Assembly (NCBI GenBank): GCA_029260135.1
Contig: JAJDDV010000109.1
Location: 879-64,878 of the forward strand
DNA length: 64,000 nucleotides
Reading direction: 5' to 3'
Origin: Phycisphaerae bacterium
Lineage (GTDB): Bacteria > Planctomycetota > Phycisphaerae > UBA1845
Shown one piece after another: positions 36,652 through 45,426 of this stretch. The notes under the pieces are model-generated. The model searched no databases. It saw nothing but the letters and a program-made list of their open reading frames with translations, and was not told where the DNA came from. Made by a program: the position numbers and the translations under genes. Each line of letters begins with the position of its first letter. Positions within the stretch are counted from its first letter, which is position 1.

Positions 36652-37215
36652 TCAATAGAAATCGGAGTGGCTGATGTCGTCGCGGATGAAGTTGGCGCTG
36701 AGGGCGAGTTCATCGAGTTCGGCGATGAACTGCTTGCGCTTGAACTCGGGCGGCAGGAGCACGGTGAACCGGTGGCGATAGGCCACGCCGCCCGGTGAAA
36801 GGGGCACGGTGGACATGTGTGCGTGGTGGGCGATGATCGGCAGCGAGTGGGTTCGAAAGAGCCTCGTCATCGCGGAGAGGAGGCCGACGAAGTCCGGCGA
36901 GGAGATGCGAAGGGTGAGGGGCAGGTCGTCGCGTTCGCGGGCGGCGCCGGGATTGGCGATTCGCGTGAAGAGCGTCAGCAGTTTGAGCGCGTCGCCCAGA
37001 AGCTGTACGTCCTTTTCGACCCGATCGATCTGGTCGGAGGTTCCGGAGACATAGAGCAAAACGACGGCTTCGGTACTGAGGGTGTGCGAGATGCCCTCTT
37101 CGACGCGAGCGCCGCGCTCACTCACAAAGACGGATGCATCTTCGAGGATGCCGACGCGATCGCTGCCGATGAGGTGCAGTAGGCCAAAGACTCGACCCAA
37201 CGACTCCGGGCTCAT
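36652..37215 (-). CDS. Tandem ACT-domain protein (GcvR-like)
   Basis: IGSDRVGIL and SSPDFVGLL ACT-like starts. Confidence 0.7.
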   Translation of the reverse strand: MSPESLGRVFGLLHLIGSDRVGILEDASVFVSERGARVEEGISHTLSTEAVVLLYVSGTSDQIDRVEKDVQLLGDALKLLTLFTRIANPGAARERDDLPLTLRISSPDFVGLLSAMTRLFRTHSLPIIAHHAHMSTVPLSPGGVAYRHRFTVLLPPEFKRKQFIAELDELALSANFIRDDISHSDFY

Positions 37216-37369
37216 TCGTCGTTTCCTTCCCTTGTTGTCGTAGCTCGGCGGATGTCGACCGAGACCCTGACAGAGCGACGAGAATCGTATCGCGGTTACC
37301 GTGCCTCGTCAATGTCCCGGCACGCCCGGTGTGCGACCCATTGTCGCACGGGGGCGGGCGACGATGCGC

Positions 37370-37831
37370 TTATTCCTCGCCAGGTTGGAAGACCCATTCG
37401 CTGCCGACGGGGGCGTAGTCGAGCAGTTCGTCGTCGTTGAAGTAGAGTGCGATTTCGGTGGCGGCGGTTTCTGGAGAGTCGCTGCCGTGGATCAGGTTGA
37501 AGGTCCGCGAGGCGCCGAAATCGCCCCGGATGGTACCCGGCTGGGCTTCGTAGCCGAAGGTCTTTCCCATCAGCGTACGCGAGATGTCGATGGCGCGTTG
37601 GCCGGCGAGAACCATCACGACGACCGGTCCGCTGGTGATGTAGTCAATCAGGCCGGGGTAGAAGGGCTTGCCCTTATGGGGCGCGTAGTGGCGCTCGGCG
37701 AGGTCGGTCGAGATCTGCATGAGTTTCATGCCGGCGAGGACGAGGCCTTTGTCTTCGAAGCGCTGGAGGATTCGCCCGGTGAGGCGGCGTTGGAGGCAGT
37801 CCGGCTTCAGGATCAGTAACGTTCGTTCCAC
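37370..37831 (-). CDS. ndk: Nucleoside diphosphate kinase
   Basis: ERTLLILKPD, GTIRGDF, NLIHGSDS; GTG start. Confidence 0.97.
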   Translation of the reverse strand: MERTLLILKPDCLQRRLTGRILQRFEDKGLVLAGMKLMQISTDLAERHYAPHKGKPFYPGLIDYITSGPVVVMVLAGQRAIDISRTLMGKTFGYEAQPGTIRGDFGASRTFNLIHGSDSPETAATEIALYFNDDELLDYAPVGSEWVFQPGEE

Positions 37832-37909
37832 GTTTGCGTTCTCTCTGCTTGCGTTTTTGTCAAAAGGAAACGGTGCATCGCGGTGCACCCCACGAATCGA
37901 GCGGATACC

Positions 37910-38908
37910 CTAGGCGGTTCGGCGGGCGGCGGCAACTATGGCGAGGAGATTTTCCTCGGGGACGCGGTCGGGGGCGTACGTACACCCGGCGGAGATCATG
38001 ATGGGCCGATCGCCGGCCTGGTGGAGGGCGTCAGCCACCTCGTTCTCGACGTCCGCGGGCGTCTTGTCGGGGAGCGTTTCGAGGTTGTCGACGCCGCCGC
38101 AGACGGCCGGTTTGACGCGGTCGATGACGTCTTTGATGGCCGGTCCGGCCGCACGGTCGGCCCAGTTGATCGCGTGGACGCCGTAGTCGGCGAAGGCGTC
38201 GAAGTTCTTGGCGACGCCGCAGACGTGGAGCATGTTGAGGCGGGCGTCTTTGGCAGCCGCGAGGATCTGCCCGTCGCCCAGGCGGACGAGTTCGTCGTAG
38301 GTCTCTTCGCCGTTGGCGGGCGTGTCGACCCAATCGTCGCGAACGCTGAGGAAGATGCCGTCGGCGCCGGCGTCGATGCAACGCGCGGCGAAATTCGCCT
38401 GTGACGCGGCGATGGCATCGACAGCCATGGCGACCGCCGTGCGGTCTCGGGCGAGGAATTCCGCAAGCCGTTGGTCGGGCGGTGCGATGGGGCCGTGCAG
38501 CGTCGGCGGGTTGTGCCCCGGCGCGGTGCGCGGTGTGACCACGCGCCGGAGAATCGTCCAGGCGTTGAAGAGCGTGGTGGAGAGCAGCACTTGGCCGGAG
38601 AGTTCATCAGCCAAGGCGCGGATCAGGTCGAGCTGACGCGCGTAGTTCTCTTCGTCGCCTTTGAGCACGGGGAGGTTCTTGAGGTCTGCGGCGGATTTGA
38701 CCTCGACGCGCGCAGGGTAGGGGTTGTCGTTCATGACCTTGAGGAAGTCGAGATCGAAACGCTGCAGGAACTTCAGGTGCGCGTCGACGGCGGGCTTGCC
38801 GTGCTCGGCGTCAGGCGGAAAGTGATGCCAGAAGCTGACGGGAGTTCGATCGGGCTGTTGCCCGTCGACCACGGCCAGCACACGCTCGATTTTTGTCATC
38901 TCGGCCAT
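37910..38908 (-). CDS. Uroporphyrinogen decarboxylase / MtaA-CmuA family protein
   Basis: ERVLAVVDGQQPDRTPVSFW, LHVCG, GGVD, ISAGC, VPEENL. Confidence 0.85.
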   Translation of the reverse strand: MAEMTKIERVLAVVDGQQPDRTPVSFWHHFPPDAEHGKPAVDAHLKFLQRFDLDFLKVMNDNPYPARVEVKSAADLKNLPVLKGDEENYARQLDLIRALADELSGQVLLSTTLFNAWTILRRVVTPRTAPGHNPPTLHGPIAPPDQRLAEFLARDRTAVAMAVDAIAASQANFAARCIDAGADGIFLSVRDDWVDTPANGEETYDELVRLGDGQILAAAKDARLNMLHVCGVAKNFDAFADYGVHAINWADRAAGPAIKDVIDRVKPAVCGGVDNLETLPDKTPADVENEVADALHQAGDRPIMISAGCTYAPDRVPEENLLAIVAAARRTA

Positions 38909-38987
38909 GAACGGAATCTAGTTCGCGCGGGGGAGAGGGTCAAGGTGTGCGCAGCGCGCGCCAAGCTTGCGGGCGCAGGTCGCCTGC

Positions 38988-39013
38988 GTAGGGTGCGTCC
39001 CGGACGCACCATT
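38988..39013 (+). repeat. GTAG REP left of RAYT (plus a partial copy at 39017-39037)
   Basis: GTAGGGTGCGTCCCGGACGCACCATT. Confidence 0.9.
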
Positions 39014-39085
39014 CCTCGTCCCGGACGCACCATTCCTCTGATCAACCTTGTCTACGCCGACGTCGGCGTCTATTCTCCTCGCGTT

Positions 39086-39658
39086 ATGCCCGAGTATCGA
39101 CGTCCCTTCGCACCCGGTGCGAGGTTCTTCTTCACCGTCGTGACGGCCTGTCGGCGTCCAATTCTCACCGGCGAGGCGTTGGATCTTCTTCGCACCGCAT
39201 TTTCCGAGGAACGCGCTCACCATGCCTTCGAAATGGACGCTGTGGTCGTGCTTCCGGAACACCTGCATTGCATCTGGACGTTGCCACCTGATGACACGCG
39301 TTTTTCAATGCGTTGGTCAGGTATCAAGGGTCGGTTCACCGAGTTGTATCTTGCGCAAGGCGGTACCGAAGCCAGGCGGAGTGCATCACGCCGAACACGC
39401 AACGAGCGCGGTGTCTGGCAGCGCCGCTTCTGGGACCACGTGATCCGCGATGAGGCGGACTACCAGCGACATGTGGATTACATTCATTATAACCCTGTCA
39501 AGCATGGATACGCTCGTTGTCCACACTCGTGGGGGCCATCGAGCTTCGACAAGTGGATAACGGCCGGCGTGTATCCGGCCGATTGGATGTGTGAATGTGC
39601 CGGCGTGGACGTGAAGCCGCCGGATTTCGGTGATGTAGAGGGCCGGGCCGGCGAGTGA
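39086..39658 (+). mobile_element. rayT: REP-associated tyrosine transposase (RAYT/TnpA-REP)
   Basis: MPEYRR...FFFTVVT, VVLPEHLHCIW (HUH), WQRRFWDHVIRD, YIHYNPVKHG; flanked by inverted REPs. Confidence 0.93.
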
Positions 39659-39665
39659 ACAAAAC

Positions 39666-39691
39666 AATGGTGCGTCCGGGACGCACCCTAC
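39666..39691 (-). repeat. GTAG REP right of RAYT
   Basis: Perfect 26-bp reverse complement of 38988-39013. Confidence 0.9.
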
Positions 39692-39736
39692 AACTTGGAG
39701 CGTCAGATTCGCCGATGCTGCCACCCGCCGCGCCGC

Positions 39737-42700
39737 TCAGTCCGTAAACACGGCCTGCAGATACGCGGCATCGAACAGGTCGATCGTGCTGGATCCGTCG
39801 GCGTCGAAGCGGTCGAGGCAGACCTCAAAGGGCGGCGGCTCCAGCGGTCCGGAGACGAAGAGGCAAAGTTCGAAGATCTCGTAGTCGGTAAGATCGACAT
39901 CGGCATCATGATCGTAGTCGCCGATTCGATCGCAATCGTCGGGGATGCCGTCCAGATCCTTGTCGGATTCACATTCGTCCGGTGTCGCGTCGCCGTCACA
40001 ATCGTCGCTGACAAAGGCGGCGATGTCGCACTCGTCGGGAACTTCGTTGACGTTGCAGTCTGCACTGGTGGCCGCCACAAGATCGCACGCGTCGGGGATG
40101 GCGTTGCCGTTGCAGTCGCTGGCCGCGCCGAAGGCAATGTCGAGGAAGTCCGGGAAACCGTTGTCGTTGCAGTCGGGCTGACACTCGTCGGGAACGCCGT
40201 TGACGTCGAAGTCGTAGCTCGCTCCTGCGGCGATGTCGCACTCGTCGGCCACGTCATTCGTGTTGCAGTCGGGCTCGCATTCGTCCGGAACGGCGTTGAT
40301 GTTGCAGTCGTGGCTGGTGCCGTCGGCGATGTCGCACTCATCGGCCAGGCCGTTGCCGTTGCAGTCTTCGCAGTCGTCGGGGATCAGATTCTCGTTGCAG
40401 TCGTTATCGACGAGCTCGCACTCGTCGGGAACGGCCGTCTGGTTGCAGTCGTCACTGGTTCCGTCAGCCAGGTCGCAGATGTCCTGGACGCCGTTCGTGT
40501 TGCAGTCGTCATCCGCCTCACATTCGTCGGGAGTCTCGTTGGCGTTGCAGTCGTCGCTGGTGCCGCCGGCGATGTCGCACTCGTCGAGCGTGCCGTCTTG
40601 GTTGCAGTCGTTACCTTGAATCGGCGCGCCGGGAGATGTCCAAAACGGATCACGACCGTCGCCCGCGGGATCGGCATTTCCTCCGAGCATGCCGTGGAAG
40701 CCGTTTGGCGATGCGTCGAACACTGTTTGACCGGTACCCTCGTCAAATCGCCAGTAGCCCACGAGCCCGGGTGGCGAACCTGTGAGGGGTACACCGAGGC
40801 TGTCGGCAATCTGTGTCTGGGTACGTGCGACCTCCCAGATTCGGACTTCGTCGATCAGACCGTCAAAGTCCTCGCCGCTCTCCACGTGGTTGCCGAAATA
40901 GAGGTCGGAGCCCGAGTATCGAAGCGTGCCCACAGCCGGCCGGCTACCCTTTAGGACCCCGTCGACGTAGATCTGGCAGAGGTCCTGCGAGTTGGAGTAG
41001 ACGGCTGCGACGTGTATCCACTTGCCGAAGTAGTCTGAAACCGGGGTCGGGTCCGTCGCAAAACACAAACCATCGGCTCCGCTGATTCGTAGCTCAAGTT
41101 TGGATGTGCCCGATTGCCGCCACGACAGGATGTAGCCCGGTGCGAACGGCGAAGCCATTCGAACGATTCGACTGTTATTCGTACTGCCGATCGAATCGGG
41201 GCGAATCCAGGTTTCGATCGTGAGTTCGTCGGTCGGCTCGAGCAGCGGCGATCGGGGCACCCTCACCCAATCGTCCCGGCCGTCGAAGTCGAGCGCGAAC
41301 TGATCGGCGATCAGGTCGCAGTCATCCGGGATTCCGTTGTCGTTGCAGTCGTCGCTGGTGGCATCGCGGATGTCGCACCCGTCCGGTATGTCGTTCCTGT
41401 TGCAATCCTCCGCACCGCCGGGATCGCACAGGTCCGTGATTCCGTTACCATTGCAATCGACCGTTCCGGCGAATTCGCATTCGTCGGGGACGTCGTTTGT
41501 GTTGCAGTCGTTGCTGATGTTCGAGGCGATGTCGCACTCGTCGAGCGCGCCGTTGTCGTTACAGTCCGACACCGGTGCGAATTCGATGATTGCAGGCTGG
41601 GAAGCGGAACATCTGTTGTCATTCCATGTGCCGGCTTGGCAGCACCCGGCGGTGCGCAGCATTAACTCACCGCAATCCTCGCCATTTGTGTCATCCGGCT
41701 GAGTAGAGAACCAGTTCGAATACGTTGCGAATTCGTCGTTTGACCATTCCCACGCTCCCTCCACATCCAGGTCGTTAAACCCGATCCAGATTCGATTCGA
41801 AGCAGTCAAATCGAAGAACGCATCTAGAAGCCACTGGTTTTCCGCTTGGTCGCTGATCGTGGCCAAATCCCCGTTCAATGAGACGGCAAAGGCCTCCGCA
41901 TCTGGCCAAGTCATGGCTGGTGCGAGCAAGTAGTAGCTTCCGTTTTCCGGATTCAGGATGGCGCCATGCGGAGGTATCGCCCCGCCTCCGATCCACTCGC
42001 ACTCGTCGGGAACGTTATTTGTGTTGCAGTCATCACTGGTCCCGCTGGCGATATCGCACTCATCGGCGGCGCCATTACTGTTGCAGTCGGGCTCGCAATC
42101 ATCCGGGATCAGATTCGTGTTGCAGTCGTTGCTGTCGAGCTCGCACTCGTCGGGCACGCCGTTGAATTGACAATCCAGGCTCGTTCTAGACGCAATATCG
42201 CACGCATCACCGGTTCCGTTCTCGTTGCAGTCTGGATCGGGAAAGGCCTCGAACGCGATGCCGTACAGGTAGACGTCGCCGTTAGGGTTGGGGCCGAAAT
42301 CGACTGGTAAGCGGTCCAAGAGGTCGCCCTCAGTGCTAAAGACGAAGACCTCATGAGCATTCCAATTTGTGGCGTAGAGGCGTTCCGCTTCGTCGAAGGC
42401 AAGCCCAACCGGCTTAAGCTCGGGATGGCTCATTGAGTCCAGGAACGTGCCGTCATGGCTGAATTTGAGGATCTCACCACCGGTGGCGGCGTAGAGGTTT
42501 TCCGATCTGTCGAAGGCGAGCGTGGTAGGATCTGGCTGAAAGAGCCCCTGCCCGACGTAACGCACGAACGCTCGGTTAGTGTCAAACATCGCGATGCGAC
42601 CATTCCCGTTATTACGGGAGGCCACAAAGAGGTTCCCAGCACGGTCATACACAACATGCTTGGGGTCTTCCGTGCCGGCGTGCCGCAAGTTGCTCAGGTA

Positions 42701-44809
42701 GGTGCCGTCGGCAGCAAAGAACTTGATGCTGTCAGTGAAGTAACTCCCCACGGCGATGTTCCCAGCCTCATCAATAGCCACCCCCTGAGTGCCATCAGCC
42801 CCACCGCCGGAAATGGTCTGAATAAGCTTGCCGTTTCTGTCAACGACGATGATCTTGTCCTTGCGCGATTGTGGGACGATCATGTTTCCTTGTCGGTCGA
42901 AGACCGGGTTACCGCCTACAGCGCCGATAGTTCCACCTAGAAACACGCCCTTGGGATTTCCGGAGCGATCAAACGCTCGAATGGCGTCCGCTACCTCGTT
43001 GGGGTAATACGTTGAGGGGGTGATAAACATTCGCCCGCAGGGTTTCACCCGATCTACTACCAGCTCGCACGCGTCGAGCATCCCATTTCCATTTTCGTCT
43101 TCGCCGATCCCTGCTGCAAGATCGCACTCATCTGGAACGGCGTTGTCGTTACAGTCTCGACTTGCGCCGGCACCAATATCGCAAATGTCCGGGGCACCGT
43201 TTTCGTTGCAGTCATCAGCCGGTTCGCACTCATCTGGTATGCCGTTGTCGTTGCAGTCCTGAGTGCTATCGACGGTGAAGACGATGACGAAGTGACCGCC
43301 GGCAGCGCCGTCACCGGAAGGCAAAGGGGCAATTAGCCCACCCAATCCGGGAAACTCGCCGTCGAGGGCCGTGCCGGCGACGCTCCGAGCGCTATCCTGA
43401 AGAGTGAACCGGTACGTATCATCCGTCAAAGCTGCATCAAACGTGTAAGTGGCGGTGCTTGCCGTGGGATCGTATACGGGACTAGCTAGCAGTTCAAAGG
43501 TCTCGTTGCCGTCATCGAAGGTGCCGTCACCACCACTGCCGAGCACGAAGGTGTCGGCTGCCACCAAAGAGGCTGGAGCCATCTCGTCATCGAACTTCAA
43601 CGTCAGTGACGGCGCGGTCACCAGAATGGGGCAGCTGAGCAAATCCGGCTCGACATTCACTACGCGCGGTGGCGTGGTGTCGATCGAGAATGTGCTGACC
43701 AGCACGCCGCCGGGTGCGCCATCCCCAGTGGCGTCGACCGGTAGGGAATCACCACCAAGGAGTGCAACGCTGGACATCTCAATGAGTGGCGCTTCTGACA
43801 GTCGTCGAGGTGCACCGCCGCGCGTGCCGGCGTAGCCGTTACCAGTCGCATCGATCAAGACGTCACCGGTCGTTTGATCTAGCGGATGATAGAGTAGCAA
43901 TCCGCTTTCCGTTCCGGCGAGCGGGGTATGCATCGTCGCGTTGATTTCGGCTTCACTACGGGCGACGTTCCAGACGCGCAGTTCGTCGAACATGCCCAGG
44001 ACGTAATCGTAGGCACCGGCCCACCGGCTGTAACCGGAAAGGGCGACTACGATCTGGTCTGCGAAGCTGTCGGGTCGGAACACATCCGGTATGGAGGTGG
44101 CCAGCTGGCCGTCCACATAGACCTTCATCCCAGCGGGCGAGGAGACGCCGGCCAGGTGTCGCCATTCGCCCTTGGCGAGCGCATCCAGAGCCGTTGCCGT
44201 CGCTTGGCGACCATCAGCCTCCCGAAAGAAGAAGTGGATCTTCTCGCCCTGGTGACTGAGCCCAAAACCTGGAACGTGTCGACCAGTTTGACCCACGTCG
44301 AAGACGGCACCGTAGGTGTGAGAGCCGTAACTGGCCCAGTCATCAAAGCGTGTCCAGGCTTCGAACGTGAATTCTTCACCGAGCGTCTTGAAAGCCTCGA
44401 CATCCATTCGTGCGACGTGGCGAGAGAAGTAGAGTCCGTGGCCTGGCCCCGATCGATTCGACGCAGTACCGTAAATGACCCATGCATACCGGCCATCAGT
44501 CAGGAGATTGGCTGTGGTGATCCGTAACTGGGTGTTACCGATTTCCGGGGTAATCGCGGCAATCACAACGGGCACGTCGTCGGGTCCGGGTGTGAGCGGG
44601 TCATTCCCAAGGCGATAGATGCGGATCGAGTCAGAAGTCGCGGTGAGCGGGTCGACCGGGGCGGAGAAGTCGATCAACAACTCCGGGGTCGCTGATCCGA
44701 CGGTCTGGTCGTCGCCGGGAGTCACGCTGATCAGATCCGCGGCGTTGGTAACACTTGAGAAGATGAGGACACAAATACAGACTTCAGGGGAGTGCCAATG
44801 CCTCTTCAT
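39737..44809 (-). CDS. Giant secreted adhesin-like protein (Ig-like, two LamG, NHL propeller, C-type lectin, DCN repeats, dockerin-like tail)
   Basis: Signal peptide; WRHLAG...GMFDELRVWN; GVAIDEAGN repeats; WIGFNDLDVEGAWEWS...QPDD; GDYDHDADVDLTDY...DADGSSTIDLFD. Confidence 0.9.
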   Translation of the reverse strand: MKRHWHSPEVCICVLIFSSVTNAADLISVTPGDDQTVGSATPELLIDFSAPVDPLTATSDSIRIYRLGNDPLTPGPDDVPVVIAAITPEIGNTQLRITTANLLTDGRYAWVIYGTASNRSGPGHGLYFSRHVARMDVEAFKTLGEEFTFEAWTRFDDWASYGSHTYGAVFDVGQTGRHVPGFGLSHQGEKIHFFFREADGRQATATALDALAKGEWRHLAGVSSPAGMKVYVDGQLATSIPDVFRPDSFADQIVVALSGYSRWAGAYDYVLGMFDELRVWNVARSEAEINATMHTPLAGTESGLLLYHPLDQTTGDVLIDATGNGYAGTRGGAPRRLSEAPLIEMSSVALLGGDSLPVDATGDGAPGGVLVSTFSIDTTPPRVVNVEPDLLSCPILVTAPSLTLKFDDEMAPASLVAADTFVLGSGGDGTFDDGNETFELLASPVYDPTASTATYTFDAALTDDTYRFTLQDSARSVAGTALDGEFPGLGGLIAPLPSGDGAAGGHFVIVFTVDSTQDCNDNGIPDECEPADDCNENGAPDICDIGAGASRDCNDNAVPDECDLAAGIGEDENGNGMLDACELVVDRVKPCGRMFITPSTYYPNEVADAIRAFDRSGNPKGVFLGGTIGAVGGNPVFDRQGNMIVPQSRKDKIIVVDRNGKLIQTISGGGADGTQGVAIDEAGNIAVGSYFTDSIKFFAADGTYLSNLRHAGTEDPKHVVYDRAGNLFVASRNNGNGRIAMFDTNRAFVRYVGQGLFQPDPTTLAFDRSENLYAATGGEILKFSHDGTFLDSMSHPELKPVGLAFDEAERLYATNWNAHEVFVFSTEGDLLDRLPVDFGPNPNGDVYLYGIAFEAFPDPDCNENGTGDACDIASRTSLDCQFNGVPDECELDSNDCNTNLIPDDCEPDCNSNGAADECDIASGTSDDCNTNNVPDECEWIGGGAIPPHGAILNPENGSYYLLAPAMTWPDAEAFAVSLNGDLATISDQAENQWLLDAFFDLTASNRIWIGFNDLDVEGAWEWSNDEFATYSNWFSTQPDDTNGEDCGELMLRTAGCCQAGTWNDNRCSASQPAIIEFAPVSDCNDNGALDECDIASNISNDCNTNDVPDECEFAGTVDCNGNGITDLCDPGGAEDCNRNDIPDGCDIRDATSDDCNDNGIPDDCDLIADQFALDFDGRDDWVRVPRSPLLEPTDELTIETWIRPDSIGSTNNSRIVRMASPFAPGYILSWRQSGTSKLELRISGADGLCFATDPTPVSDYFGKWIHVAAVYSNSQDLCQIYVDGVLKGSRPAVGTLRYSGSDLYFGNHVESGEDFDGLIDEVRIWEVARTQTQIADSLGVPLTGSPPGLVGYWRFDEGTGQTVFDASPNGFHGMLGGNADPAGDGRDPFWTSPGAPIQGNDCNQDGTLDECDIAGGTSDDCNANETPDECEADDDCNTNGVQDICDLADGTSDDCNQTAVPDECELVDNDCNENLIPDDCEDCNGNGLADECDIADGTSHDCNINAVPDECEPDCNTNDVADECDIAAGASYDFDVNGVPDECQPDCNDNGFPDFLDIAFGAASDCNGNAIPDACDLVAATSADCNVNEVPDECDIAAFVSDDCDGDATPDECESDKDLDGIPDDCDRIGDYDHDADVDLTDYEIFELCLFVSGPLEPPPFEVCLDRFDADGSSTIDLFDAAYLQAVFTD

Positions 44810-44925
44810 GAGATCCGCCTCCTGTTGAGGGATGCTCGGTAGTGCGCGGGGAATCGCGGCCCGAACTACCGTGCGAGTTTCAATTTAGCGAATTCATGAT
44901 TGGGATTCAAGTAGGAATGGGAGAT
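44810..44925 (-). promoter_or_regulatory. Promoter plus structured 5' leader (copy 1)
   Basis: TTGAAT-17-TAAATT (44910-44882); stem CGGTAGT/ACTACCG; GGAGG; homologous to 60843-60953. Confidence 0.7.
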
Positions 44926-45019
44926 CGTGCTTTCAGACGGGTGGGAGGCGTTTTGGACGGGAAGAAGCTCGGGAGCGTTGGCGTGAGCAGAGGCCTTCCG
45001 TTTGAAGACAGTGGCAAAT

Positions 45020-45385
45020 CCCGGCGCGCCGGGACCAGTGGCACCCGCATTCGGCAGCGATTGTGGTCCGCACAGCGGACCCTGCGTAGCTTCACCGGTT
45101 GGAAACCGGTGCCACACAGGGGCGCCACGCATGAAGCGTGGCGCTACATGGCGGACAGCGGCAGAACCCCCTGTCGTCCGCCCTTGGTGAAGGGGGGAGC
45201 CGGTTCGCTTCACGACGGTCGGTTACAGAACCCCCCTGTCGTCCGCCTTTGGTGAGGGGGGAGCGAGCAGAGCGTGCATCAGGATGCACCTACCTGCGGT
45301 GGTCCGCACAGCGGGCCCTGCGTGGCTTCACCGGTTGGAAACCGGTGCCACACAGGGGCGCCACGCATGAAGCGTGGCGCTACAT
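45020..45385. repeat. BIME-like REP cluster
   Basis: 87-bp unit at 45063-45149 and 45299-45385 (2 mismatches), made of three hairpin types and separated by two C/G-run hairpins. Confidence 0.85.
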
Positions 45386-45426
45386 CTTTGTCATCAGGCG
45401 AGCGGAGCCGTTATTCGTTGCGCGGG

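Noticed and set aside
38471-39085. N-terminal extension of the RAYT ORF
   Set aside because: It is antisense to the UroD-family gene and crosses the REP; the family-typical start is ATG 39086.
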